Source: Callorhinchus milii
Lineage: Eukaryota
Reading direction: 5' to 3'
Assembly: GCF_018977255.1 (NCBI RefSeq)
Contig: NW_024704743.1
Span: 2,730,001-2,794,000, forward strand
Length of the DNA stretch: 64,000 bases
The translations under genes were made by a program, and so were the position numbers. Below are positions 13,316-26,575 of this stretch, in pieces. The notes beneath the pieces are model-generated. The model made no database searches and was not told the origin of the DNA. It worked only from the letters and a program-made list of their open reading frames with translations. The first letter of the stretch is position 1. Every line of letters begins with the position of its first letter.

Positions 13316-15559
13316 AAGCCACAGGACTGAAGTCCTGCCATCTCTCGGTCTCTACGTCAGCATAACTTTATACAACACAACAATACTAATAATAATCCTT
13401 GCATTTGGTAGTGCCCTTCACATCGGGAGGATGTCCCAAAGCGCTTTACTGGTATTTGAAGGCCAACACAGCAGCCCAATTGTGAGCAGCAATGTTCCAC
13501 AAACATCCAGGAACCAAACACCCAATTTTGTTTGAGGATTGTTGGCCAGGGACTCGGGAGACTTCACCTCTCTGTTCGACTTGTGTCGCGGGATCTTTAA
13601 CATTCACCTGATCAGGCAGACGGGACCTCGATTTAATGTCTCATCAGAAAGTCGGCAATTGCTAACTTTACACCTGTGTCTAGTGTCAATCTCCACTGAC
13701 CCAGTTACAGCCAAATCTTGTACCATTTATCTCTCTAACTCTCCGAGCTGGATTCAGATGTCAGTGTGAAGAGTGAAAGCTTTACTTTATGTGAATTGCA
13801 GCCTCAGTCAATCCACTTGTAATCCTGAGACAAATATCTTTCCGCTGTAACCCTGAGAGAAACAGTCAATATCTTTTCCACTTGCACATTAATGTAGCAG
13901 GAGATTCTTACTGTTGCATTTAGCCTTTTGTGAGCTCAGCCCAGAGCGAGTTTTTCAATCCCAGATACTTCATCCCTGAGTTTTATGCCAGCAACTATCC
14001 GAGTAGGGGATTGGAATCAGAGGAGCAAACACTGGCATTAATACAATGGGTCAAATGGCCTTCTGGTGTTGTCTAGGGTTCTGTGGATCTTGGAGAAGTT
14101 AAGCTCCAGAACAACAACAAATAACATTTACACTGAGCTTTTCATGTTGGGAGGATGTCCCAAGGTGCTGGACAGTCATGGATTTGGACCCAAGCTGCGG
14201 GTTGGGATCAGGAAGGGTGGAGGGCGGGGAGGGGAGGGTAGGAGGGTGACCAAAGGCGTGGTTGAAGAGGAGAGTCTTGAGACGAGCCTTGAAGGAGGCA
14301 AGAGAGAGGGCGAGGAGAAAGGACTGTGGGAAGGAGTTTCAAAGGATGGAATTTCCAAAGAAAGACACATTTGGTAAAATACACTTGTCAATGAAACCAG
14401 CCCCGTCTAATCCAAGAAATTGTTGATGGTTCTATCAATCTACAGATTTGCTCCCATCTCAGGCCCATTTGCCACCAAATGTTTCTAAATCCATCTCAGG
14501 CCTTAGTATATAGCAATACAGGAGGAGGCCATTTGACCCTCAAGCCAGTCGCACCGGTTTATTAGATAAAGGCAATCTTTTCTCCATATCACTCAACACT
14601 CTAATCTCCCAAGTATCTATCAATTGCCCTTTTAAGAAAGAAGGGAGTTTATTTCAGTGTCCAGGCCAACAATTCCCTGTTGCTCGCTTCATGGCTGTTT
14701 GTGAAACATTGCTGTGCGCAAATCAGTGGCCATGTTTACTTACCAAATCCACAGTCACTACTGTTTGCAGAGTAGCCTGTTAAGTGGTTTGATTTGTTTT
14801 AGTCAGCCGGCTGTCTGACACACGCAGAAACCCACCACCATGGAGATCCATGACCAATTAATTTAGACCATTTGATTTGGAGAACAGTTGGCCAGGACAC
14901 TGGGACAAACTCCTTTTTCTTTTTGAATCGTGCCAGGGGATCTTGAACATCCATCTAAACATGTTTAGTTTGGAGCCAATTGCGCACAGCAGCGTCCCCA
15001 AACAGTCGTGGATTAAATGACCAAGTTTTTAGTAACCTGGCAGCTCTGGTATCATCCTTGTAAACCTATCTGTACTCTGTCCATCATTGTTATATCCTTC
15101 TTATAGTGTGGAGACCAGAATTGGACACAATGTTCCACAATACCCCAAATGTGGTCTAACCAAGGTTTTATATATACACACACTCGCACGCAAACACACG
15201 CAAACACAAACACACACAAACACACACACACACACACAAACATACAAACAAAAACACACACACAAACAGGATATGGATTGAACTATCAGGAGTGGTAGTT
15301 GAGGCAGAATCCAAGCTTTCAAAAGGGAACAAGACAGAAACCTAAAGAGGAGTCAATTATAGGGGATGGGCAGGTAATGGGTCTCAAAGGTTTGCTCTTG
15401 AAAGAGCCGGCACAGACATGATGGGCTTAAAGGACTTCTTCTGTGCTGTAAATTTCTATGGTTCTGTTGAGGATTGTCTGATTGAAATCATTGTTGAATG
15501 AGACATTTATAATTTGATCAGGAGACATTAACACTTGGAGTTAACAGAACGTAAACCTT

Positions 15560-15881
15560 AAGTCCTGTAACTCAGTGGTTAGAGCACTCGCTTTGCAAGT
15601 GAGACACCTGGGTTCAATTCCAGACAGGGCGAAACCTTGGGCAAGTTTCCTTACTCCACACAGAGCCTAATAATAATTCCTCCAAAAACCAAAAACAATT
15701 ATTAAATTGGTCATTTTCAATCTGCGACTCTTTGTGGGACATTGCTCTGTACAATTGGCTGCCGAGTTCGCCCACAAATATACAGTCAACTCACTTTACA
15801 GCGTGTTCTGTGAAGCGCTTTGGGACGTCCTCCCGACATGAAAAGCGCTATATCAAATGCAAGGATTATTATTATTATTAT
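15560..15881 (+). mobile_element. Family A SINE, young subfamily (A2)
   Basis: TGC-anticodon head, internal deletion after cacagagcct, and gggacgtcctcccgac tail. Confidence 0.88.
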
Positions 15882-15984
15882 TGACAGATTGACTTGGTTC
15901 AGTGACACGGATGATGTTATGAGAAACTGTGATTGAAACAGGTTTGAAATAACAAAGGGGTGAAAAATTGTGTTGCTTCTTAGA

Positions 15985-16330
15985 AACAGGAGGAGGCCAT
16001 TCAGCCCCTCAAGCCTGTTCCGTCATTCTATAAGATCATGACTTATCTGTACATCAACTGCAATGACCCGCCCTTTGCCCCGTATCCCTTAATACCCTGA
16101 CCTAATAAATATTTATCTATCTCAGTCTTAAAGATGTGAATGGATCTAGTGTCCACAGCCTTTTGGGGAGAGAGTTCTAGATTCCCATTATCCCTTTGGG
16201 TGAAAAACTGCCCCTGATTTCACTTCTAAATGACCCGGTTCTACTTTAAGATGATGCCCCTTGTTCTGGATTCCCCACCAGAGGAAATAGTTTCTCTGTA
16301 TCTACCCTATCAAATCCCTTTATTATTTTA
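15985..16330 (-). mobile_element. CR1-type LINE 3' fragment
   Basis: Reverse complement of the CR1 3' end seen at 25530-26000. Confidence 0.72.
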
Positions 16331-17796
16331 AACATTTCAATCCCTTCTTAATGGATTCTATGCGATATCTGATCTGTAAAGGAACATTTAGATGGATGTT
16401 AAAGATCCCACGGCACTATTCGAAAAGAGAAGGGCATTTGTCCCAATTTCCTGGCCAACAATCCCCCAAATAAGATTGGCCATTCACTTCCTGGCTTTGG
16501 GTGGGACATTGCTCTGTGCAATTGTTCTGTCGCGTTTGCCTATAATAACACAGACGTCCTTCTAAAATGCTACCCTGAGTGGAGGGCGCTATATAAGTAC
16601 AAGTTGTTGTTAGCATGATATTAAATTGCAAAGATTATTAATATTATTAATTTGCATTCAGTCACTTACAACAGAGAGAAACTCCCCCACTGGCCTCCCC
16701 CACCTCCTCGGCCGCCTCCCAGCCCCATTAACATTGAGATCTCATCTTTTTTATTTAACTGTGATTTAGGGAGTAGTTTTGTTGAGTTGACAGACAGATA
16801 GACAGACAGACAGACACACACACACACACACCCACAAAGATGGGCAGACACCCAGACAGGCAGACACACGAAGAGACACACAGGCGCTGTTGCTTGTCGG
16901 ACGGATTAAGGAGATTAAGACACAGCAAGGGCCAACCTGGGACATGGCCTGCCTCCCCTGTGCCAGCCGTTTGCTGATCTCACATTTGCATATAGATGGC
17001 TTTCTCTCTGCGCACAGACAATATATTGGGGTTAAACTGGAGAAGACGAGCAGATCATTGCTGGGATCACTGCGATAGCTGCTGAGATGTGCAGCATAAC
17101 CTGTATTGTTCAGTGACGGACAAGGACATTTCATTTCACATCTCAGCTACACAATTCACTAAATAGCAACAATCCTCAATCCAACCTGCCAATAATAGTC
17201 ACTCCGCTTCACACTACAAACTTGTCAAGTGCTTTAATAATAATAATCCTTGTATTTTATCACGTCTTCAAGACGCCTCAAAATGCTTCACAGGATATAC
17301 TGTAAAGTGAAGTGACTGTATATTTTGTGGGTGAAACGTAGCAGCGTCCCCACAAACAGTCGTGGATTGAATGACCAAGTTTTGTTTGTGTTTTTTTGAA
17401 AAAGGATTATTATTATCGGAGAGTATTATTACCCCAGGAAAGCGATCAAAGTCCTTTGCGACGAGGGAACGACGTGATAAGTCACAATTGCAAACGCGAG
17501 AGTTATGCAAGGATCATTATTACTAACTTTGAAGACTAACTTGAAAACTTTTAAGGTGACTTTTCTTCACAGAATCAGCCCTTTTCACACAGAATTACAA
17601 TTCCACTGGTGTTAGCAGATCACGAACACTTTGCCCAAGTGGCTGCTTTTAATGTGTGAGGCCAGACAGACTGTGGCTCTATTGGCTGTGCCGACTGACA
17701 GTGGTTCAAGCAGAATCCGTATGATCTTTTAAAAGACTTCAGCAAATCTATCCCCACACTCGAGCTGGGGGAGCACAAGGTGTGAAATTGCAAATA

Positions 17797-18302
17797 TGTG
17801 GAGTCCTGTAGCTCAGTGGCCAGAACACTCGCCTCGCAAGCGATAGGACCTGGGTTTGATTTAAAAATTTGAAAATAAATTATTAAAAATAAATTTAAAT
17901 GAAACATTGGATCACTCAATCGACGGCTGTTTGTGGGACGCTGCTGTGCACAATTGGCTACCGCATTTTTCCCACAAAATATACAGTCAATTCCCTTTAC
18001 AGTATCAAAACACAAAATGCTGCAGATGCTGGAATCTGAAACAAAAACAGAGAGAGCCGGGAAAACGCAGCAGGTCGGGCAGCATCGATGGAGCAAGGAA
18101 AGTGAGTCAACGTTTCTGAGTTGTCACGAAGGGTCGTGGACCCGAAACGTTGACTCACTTTCCTTTCTCCATAGATGCTGCCTGACCTGCTGAGAGTTCC
18201 CAGCTCTCTCTGTTTTTGTCCCTTTACAGTATATTCTGTGAAGAATTTTGAGACGTCTCAGCGACTTGATGAGGCACTGTATCAAATGCAACGATTATTA
18301 TT
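17797..18302 (+). mobile_element. Family A SINE interrupted by a fold-back element
   Basis: Head at 17797 and Deu core at about 17910-18000; the tail resumes at 18219. Confidence 0.85.
18006..18218. mobile_element. Fold-back (Penelope-like terminal) element with a 14-bp target-site duplication
   Basis: Inverted arms of about 76 bp (18041-18116 and 18144-18219), flanked by tccctttacagtat at 17992-18005 and 18219-18232. Confidence 0.75.
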
Positions 18303-20089
18303 CTTATGATTGAATTTGAAACGATCACGTTGTTGAAACCTCTCACTTTGTCTTTGTGGGTGTGCGCGGGTTTGGGCTCCTGGCACATCCAAATACATTA
18401 AGTGTGTCACTCAATTGATCCTCTCTTTGTAGGAGAGCAAGGTTATGCTTCATGCCTCAGTTCTTTTTTTCCCGAGAGGACGAGAAAGAGAATCAATACA
18501 AAGTCCGCTAGAGAGAAGCTGGGGGGAGAGGAGAGCACAGCCAGGAGCAGTGTGGAGGCTGCTGGCAGTTCAGACGCTAGTTAACAGCAAGCCTACCTAG
18601 AGCAGAGGGTGAAGGGGCTGAAGGGTGTACAATGGCTCCATCAAGCAGCTGCAGCCTTTTTGCACCTTTCAGAGCGACCCGCTACTCACTGGGATGAAAA
18701 CAGCTCTCCTTCAAAGTGGGCCCAACAGATGTGTCCTTTCTCCATCCTCTTCAGTGTGTGCACTGTCAGTGCTGACAAGCCCTTCACACACACTGAAGGT
18801 TTATTGTGAGGACAGCAAACTGAAGGAGACTTGTGTGGGTCACAGGTGCTTGCTGTAAACTGGGTCTAATTTGCAATGTTTGCAAACCGGATTCCTCTTG
18901 TTAGTTGTCAGCTTCAGACACTCTGTCCTGTGGGTCAGTGGGTTCAAGCCACACTCTGAGGCCTCGGTGCTCGCAGTCTCGGCTGAGCCGGGGGGAGAGT
19001 GATGTATTGTCAGAATGCATCAAATGGCCTCCTTCATACCAGATATTAAATCAAAGTCCCGTCTGTCTGTGAAGGGACAGTTTACAATCCCATTGTTCGA
19101 AAAGAGACAGGAGTTTCTCCTCGTGTGTCACAAGATTGCTGAGGTCCGTCTGATCTCATCCCTCCAGAACAACAACAACAACAAATTACACTTGTATAGT
19201 GCCCTTCTCATCGGAAACACCCACCCACACCTACCCTAACATCCTCCCATCACAGCATCAAACTGTTTTTTAAATAAATCCAGTGTCCTGGCCCTCAACC
19301 ACATTCCTGGCCATCTGTCCCAGTCATTTATTGTCCTCTCAGTAAAGAAATACTAAACCTGGGTCCTCTTGTTTTATTGACTTGATGAATCTCAAACAGT
19401 TCTTCTGTTGTTACAGTTGTACTATTGTAAACAAATGTTTAATCTTTTACTTCCATTTAAAATTTGACATAAGGTCTCGAAGACATGACAAGGCCCTACA
19501 TCAAATGCTTAGGATTATTGTTACATATGAATATTGTACATGAAGGAATTAGCCAATGTGCACACCGCAACGTCTTCTAACCAGCCAGAAGTGAATCGCC
19601 AATTGTAACTGGGGGGTTGTTAGCCTGGACACTGGGAGAAACTCCCTTCTCTTTTCGAATAGCGCCGTAGGATCTTTAACATCCACCTGAACAGTCAGAC
19701 GGGGAGTGAGTGAGGTTTAACAGCTCATCTGATGGACTGCATCTCTAATAATACAGCACTCGCCCAATACTGCATTCTAGATTTTGAGCTCAAGGTCAGA
19801 GGCGAGAGTGCTACCAACTGGGCCTTTTGTGATCATATTCAGGAAAGTGCAGGAGTACAATCCACACAGGAATGTCAACAACATAATAGTATCTTGTAAT
19901 TATTATTGTTGGGAATTACAGTGTGCCTTTGCGTGAAATGAACGTCTCGAAGTGTTGGTGAAACATAATAATTTGAATAAGCGCTTTGGGGCGCTGGCCT
20001 GGGTGAGGGCGTTATATGAAGGCAAGTTGCTGCTGTTGAATATGGATCATAGGAATTACTGGTAAATTGTCTTTTTGTAAATTGTAAAT

Positions 20090-20625
20090 TGTCCACAAGC
20101 TGCAGGTCATTCAGAACTCTGCAGCTCGTGTACTGTCCCGCACCAGGCTTCGCGTCCACATCACTCCCACCCTCGCTCGCCTCCACTGGCTTCCCATTGA
20201 ATTCAAGATCCTCATCCTCGCCTACAAGGCCATTCACCCCTCCTACCTCTCCGGCCTACTATCCCCCTACTTACCTTCCCATACCCTCCATTCCTCTGGC
20301 TCTGGTCTGCTCCACATCCCCCGCCCCAACCGCCCTACCATCGGTGGCCGGGCCTTCAGCCTCTCAGCCCCGAGGCTCTGGAACTCCATCCCCCAGTGCC
20401 TTCGCCGCTTCCTCCCTTTCCTCCTTCAAGGCCAGTCTCAAGACCTTTCTCTTTGACCGAACCTTCAGCTCCCCTCTCGACTCTCTACCCCCTCCTCGCT
20501 CCCTCCCTTCCCTCCCCCTGACTATTTCCCCCCTGCTTGGGTCCTGAACCAACTGTACAGCGCCTTGGGACGTCCTCCAGACGTGAAAGGCGCTCTATAA
20601 ATGGAATCTTGTTGTTGTTGTTGTT
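20090..20625 (+). mobile_element. L2-type LINE 3' end
   Basis: Degenerate ORF2 C-terminus (KLQVIQNSAARV...LHWLP), C/T-rich UTR, cagcgccttgggacgtcctc tail and (ttg)n. Confidence 0.82.
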
Positions 20626-20664
20626 TTGAAGAAACGGCGAGCTTTTTTAAAAAAAATAAAACAA

Positions 20665-20997
20665 GTGGAGTTCTGTGGAGCTCAGTGGTTAGAGCACTCG
20701 CTTTGCAAGCGAGATACCTGAGTTCAATTCCAGGCAGAGGGCGAAACCTTGGGCAAGTTTCCTTACTCTACACAGAGCCTAATAATAATCCCTCCAAAAC
20801 CAAAAACAATAATAAATTGGTCATTTTCAATCTACGACTGTTTGTGGGACATTGCTGTGCGCAATTGGCTGCCGCGTTCGCCCACAAATATACAGTCAAT
20901 TCACTTTACAGTGTGTTCTGTGAAGCGCTTTGGGACGTCCTCCCGACGTGAAAAGAGCTATATCAAATGCAAGGATTATTATTATGATTATTATAAT
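20665..20997 (+). mobile_element. Family A SINE, young subfamily (A2)
   Basis: Near-identical to 45012-45329 and 15560-15881. Confidence 0.9.
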
Positions 20998-22587
20998 AAC
21001 GCAAATGCGAATCTGCTCACTGTTAAAACGCTTCTCAAATGCAGGCATCTTTTTGAATGCATCACGGAATTGATCAGTACAGGGGACGAAGGCTGGTTTT
21101 GTCTTCTCTCTGCTGATAGAGAGAGCCGTTCTCTGTGTGCACTGGGCACTGCTCTTTGAAGCAGCACCTAAAATGCCGGCTCTTTTCAAGATGAGACAAT
21201 GGCAAAGTTATATTGGGAGCAACTCAACCTGAGAAGGTGCATTTGAGAACATGCTGCTAATGTAAGTGTTAGTGGCTTTGAAGTTCACAGAAGCCATCAG
21301 AGGGTTAGGAGAGGGAGGGAGAGAGAGACAGAGGGGGAGGGAGGGAGGGATGGAGAGAGAGAGAGAGAAAGAGACAACAGCCCAGGTGCATTGCACAGAA
21401 CAAAGTGTAAAAGCGACTTAAAAAAATAACACTATGTTGGAACGAAACAAACACGGTTAATTATGCAGCATTGCAAAAATATTGCACACACTCAGCACAA
21501 CACATCACAAGGCCTTTGATGTCTCCATTAATGACGAGGACTATTAGACTACAAAGTGGAAATATGCTCGAAATGAATAGTCAAGTGTTTTCCAGGCTGA
21601 AAGCCACCCCTCGAGAGATCTCCTTGAGTAAGGTTAGACTTGGAATATTGTGCTTCAACTCTCAGAAAGGATAGCGATGTGCTGGAATGTGTCTTGAGAA
21701 AAAGAGTTCTGAAACGTTAAAAGACACTAAATTATAAAGGAGGTTGGTAGAATTTCCCTTTTTTTTGTTGGAGCTGAAATAGAGACTGGAAGACAATGCT
21801 GATCCCAAAACTGCTGAAAGGCACAGTCAGTGAAAGCGTAAGCAGCTTATTTATCCCAGACTGTGATCACAGTGGAAAGGGCAGACGTACAAAATTAACC
21901 AGCTTCAAACGAGAAGAAGGATCAGGCTAGTCTTGTCTCCCCACAGAGAGATGGGTTAGGCTGGATGGAATCCCAGCAAAGTAGACTTGATGTTGCATTA
22001 TATAATTCGATTATAAAGCTTCTGGATGAACAGGATTAAATGTCAGGCTTATTGACGTATATGGTCGAATGCCCTTATGGATTTCTATGGATCCTGAGCT
22101 ACTCGGACAATGAAAATGTCATCTGCACAAAGCAACCAGTCAAGATTGACTGGTGTGTGTTGTAAGGTCAGATTGCTATTTGGCAGTATTGTTGCTATGC
22201 TGCATTCTAGACTGATTTTTGCCCTCTGAGGCCTGAATTCCTCATGATTTTACTCTTAATTTCCCTTTTGGTTAGCCAGGTGACTAACACAAGCAGAAAC
22301 CCATCACTGCGCTTTAAGAGTATCCAAACCACGAAGGGAATGACCAATTTTATTTTTTGGCCTTTTTTATTGAATAGTGTCATGGAGTCTTTAACATCCA
22401 CCTAAATGGGCAGATGGGACTTAACTTCTCAGCCGAAGAACGGCGCCTGTGATTCTGCAGTGTTTCCCCAGGACAGTGTTGGACTGTCAGCCTAGACTAA
22501 GTGAGTTCAAAGTACCAACGTGAGGCTTGAGTCCACAACCTTCTGGCAGGAAGCGTTACAAACTGAGCCAGGCTGAGACTCTAACAA

Positions 22588-22962
22588 CTACAATAATAAC
22601 AACAATAATAATAATCCTTGCATTTGATACAGCGCCTCATTACATCTCCGAGATGTCTCAAAGCGCTTCACAGGATACACTGTAAAATACAGTGACCGTG
22701 TATTTTGTGGGCGAAACGTGGCAGCCAATTGTGCACAGCAGCGTCCCCACAAACAGTCGTGGATTAAGTGACCAATTTTTTTTTTTTTTTTTGAAGGGTT
22801 TATTACCCCCAGAAAAGTGATCCGCCAATCGACTAACAACCGGGTTCCTATTTACTGCTGGTAAACAGAGGCGTGTGTGTGGAGTAAGGAACTTGCCCAA
22901 CATTCTACCCTGTCAGGAATCAAACCCACGTCCTCTCACTTGCGAGGCGAGCTACAGGACTG
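22588..22962 (-). mobile_element. Family A SINE
   Basis: Tail, Deu core and head on the minus strand. Confidence 0.85.
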
Positions 22963-25126
22963 TAAGAGGAAGCCTGTTGTGCCAGTTTAAGGCAGTCAGG
23001 ATAATTTATTGCAGTTACTAGTTTTTGATGGGGGCTGAGGTCTGGGATGGAAATGCAAGTGAAGATGATTGTGTGATCTGCGAACACAATTACCATGGGA
23101 GAATTCTAAGCACATGGACTTGATAGTTCCTACAGCAATCAGCAGTCAGAGAGAGACCCAAGTCCAAGGTGACTTCATTACAGAAATTTGTTCTAGTTGT
23201 CATCAGACATAACATATAATGTCACTCAAAATATGGAGAAAACAAGCAGAGGGGTCCTGACACATGACAGTGATCGCAGGTGCAGAACGACTTGTGCTTT
23301 GAGTCACGGTCTTTGTTAGCTTATCATACAGGGCGGGAATTCACTCCAGCCAAATTGCTATCCAATTCCCTCCTGACGACAACAACAACACAATGTATTT
23401 ACACCACACTCGTCATGCAGGGCAGCGTCCCAGAGAGCTTGATAGTAGCGGAGCTGGGAGGGGATGTGACCGTAGGCACGGTCAAATAGGAAGGTCTTCA
23501 GGCGCGACCTGAAGATGGGGAAGGAAGGGGCAAGGCAGAGGGATAGAGGGAGAGTTTTCCCAGAGTTTCGGGGCATAGTGGTTGAAAGCGCGGCCACCGA
23601 TGGTGGAGCAGAGGGCACGAGGGGACAACCAGGCGGCCGGAGCCAGTCGAGCAGAGACAGTGGGTAGTTGGCTTCAGTTTGTACACTATCTGGTTTGGTT
23701 TTGTGGCAGAAAACAAAAGATCATGAGATCAGTTTCTTTAAAGTTGGATCTTCCAGAACCCACGCTATCAGCCTCCCATCGCAGCAGCAAGTATTTTTAA
23801 AATAAGTCCCATTGTCCTTGCCTTGACCACCTTCCTCCTAACCCCGTTCTGGTCATTAATCACCCGCTGAGAAAAAGATAACTTCCTGATGTCTGACCTG
23901 AAATTGCCTCCTCTAGTTCTGCTGTCTCAGTGAATCTGATTATTGTTCTGGGTTACTTTCTCAATCCTATTTAAGGTCTCAAACACCTCTATAAAGTCCC
24001 CACTGAGACATCACCTTTCAACACTGACAAGCTTTTGCTTGTCTAATCATCGCTCAGTAAAGCCAAAACAAAGAAAAGGTTGGAAAAGAAGCCGTAATAT
24101 TATCCGGGACAAAGAGGAACAGCACTCGTGCTAGAGAGAGATAAAATAGTCCTGAGTTTTTTTACGAGAATAAAAGAAAATATATCATAAAATTTATAAC
24201 TCCTTTCAGGCACTGACACGAATTCTGAACTGCAGGCACTGGAAGCCAATGCTTACTGTAAACCAGAGCTCGAGGTCAAATCAACCAGAAAGAGGCAAAA
24301 ATCAAAGATCTGCAAACGGAATTACTGACGGAATAAGAAGAATTATTTCAAAAGGGGCAGCTTTAGGAGCAAACTGCCCGTGAGCACTAATTAGCCTCCC
24401 GCAGATCAGCTCTGTGCTGAAGGCAGGAAGAGATGCAATATCTGGGAATAGAGAGTGTTAGCACGAACATCTGCACAGTTATAATCTTGCTATATCTGCT
24501 ACAGCAGCTTTCACGTCAGGAGGACATCTCACATAGCTTCACAGGATCGAGTTCCCATCTGCCTGTTTGCAGGTGGATGTTAAAGATCCCGGGCCACAGT
24601 TTGTAAAGAGAAGGAAGTTTCTCTCTCCCGCTGTCCTGGCCAACAATCCCCTGGATAAAAACTGATCACTCACTTCACGGCTGTTTGAGGGACTTCGCTG
24701 TGAGCAAATTGGCTGCAGTGTTCGTTTCCAAAATACAGGTAGTCCATTTTGCAGGTTTTATGAATACTGAGGCATTCTCAACCTTATAGTTGCTGTGTCA
24801 AACACAAGGATTATTATTATTAATGCAAGCATTTTTATGGGGGTTTGCCTCCAAAATACACAATGACTACAGTCACTTCCTCTTGGCATGAAAGTGCTGA
24901 CATCTACCCTAGACTGTGCCAATGTGGGGGCTCAAAACCACAACCTTCTGACTCCCAGGCAAAGGTGCTAACAGTTGAGCCAAGCTAAACAGCAAAAGAC
25001 CTTTACTATTTATTAATATTATGATATCAAATGCCAGGCTTGCTTTGTTATTGTTTGTTGCTCAGGGGCTCAGGTGACCTGACAGAGGCCAGGACACAAG
25101 CTTGTTAAACACACTGTGTGTGTGAG

Positions 25127-25495
25127 TGTCAGCCTGGCTCAGTGGTAGCCTCTCATCTCTGAGTCAGAAGGTTGTGGGCTCGAGCCCCACATTGGAACTT
25201 GGAGTCACACAGTCTAAGCTGAGGCTGCAATGCAATTCTGGGGGGTGCTGAATTGTCGGAGATACCATTTTTTGACGAGACGTTAATACCGAGGTCCCGT
25301 CTGCCTGTCCCCCAAATAAAATTGGTCACTCCCTCCACAGCTGTTTGTGGGGACGCTGCTGTGCGCAACTGACTTCTGTGTTTCGCCCATAAAATACACA
25401 GTCACTCCACTTTACAGTGCATCCTTTGAAGCGCTTTGAGACGTCTCAAAGATGTGATAAGGCGCTGTATCAAATGCCAGGATTATTATTATTAC
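25127..25495 (+). mobile_element. Chimeric SINE: SacSINE1/AmnSINE-like 5' part (family B) joined to a family A 3' part
   Basis: tgtcagcctggctcagtggtagc...gaggtcccgtctgcctg runs directly into the family A Deu core and tail. Confidence 0.72.
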
Positions 25496-25527
25496 AAATT
25501 GCATTGTAAATTTAATTGTGTTGTTAG

Positions 25528-26000
25528 TTCCTGGGATGAGGGGACTGATCTATGAGGATAGGCTGAATAAACTGGGGCTGTATTCTCTATAGAGTACAGA
25601 AGAATTAGGGGAGAACTTATTGAAACATCTAAGATTCTTAAAGAGCTGATAAAGTAGTCACTGAGGGCCTGTTTCCCCGGTGGGAGAATCTATAACCAGG
25701 GGTCACAGTCTTAAAATTAAGGGTCAGCCTTTTAGAACAGAGTTGAGAAAACATTTCTTCACTCAGAGGACAGTGACTTTATGGAATCCACTCCCCCAGA
25801 AGGCTGTAGATGCTCAGTCAGTCCTTGAATATCTTCAAGGCTGAGACTGATAGATTTTTTAAAAAACAGAGGGATTAGCGGATATGGGGAGAGGGCGGGT
25901 AATTAGAGTTAGGTCTGAAGATCAGCCATGATCTTATCGAATGGCGGGGCACAGGCTCGAGGGGCCGAATGGCTACTCCTGCTCCTAATTCTTATGTTCT
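25528..26000 (+). mobile_element. CR1-type LINE 3' end (ORF2 C-terminus and UTR)
   Basis: Encodes YEDRLNKLGLYSL, RRIRGELIETSKILK and FFTQR motifs, followed by the ggctcgaggggccgaatggctactcctgctcct tail. Confidence 0.85.
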
Positions 26001-26255
26001 TAAATACACAGAGGACAGCAACTCACAATAGGTTACGGCTCATTGGGAGCCTGACCGCATTGTACAATCATTCAAGTGGTTATTGACGAGACAATATTGC
26101 CCAAATCATTTGAGTTCAGTTCTCCAGAGATCCTGCTTAAACTGTACAGTGAGAGCTGTATTCAGACGGCACCTGGAGTACTGAGCACTCCAACAAGAGG
26201 CCACAAAGGCATTGCAGAGGAGAACCATCCCCAGTGTTAGAGCAATGTTTTGTTC

Positions 26256-26575
26256 TGGAGTCCCATAGTGTAGTGGATTTGCACGCTCACCTCACAAGCG
26301 AGAAGAACTGGGCGGGGAGGTGGGGGGGTGGAGAGGAAACCTAAAGCAAGTTTCCTTACTCCACACACACACCTCTGTTTACCTAGCAGTAAATAGGAAC
26401 CTGGTTGTTAGTCGATTTGTGGATCACTTTTGGGGGGTTTGTGGGGACGCTGCTGTGTGCAATTGGCTGCCATGTTTCACCCACAAAATCCACAGTCAAT
26501 TCACTTTACAGTATATTCTGTGAAACGCTTCGAAAATGTGATAAGCCGCTGTATCAAATGCAAGGATTATTATTA
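26256..26575 (+). mobile_element. Family A SINE
   Basis: Diverged head, body, Deu core and tail. Confidence 0.8.

Noticed and set aside
20601..21159. Recurrent similar ORFs ([23 protein letters not shown]) suggesting a multigene family
   Set aside because: They are translations of the same SINE consensus at many loci.
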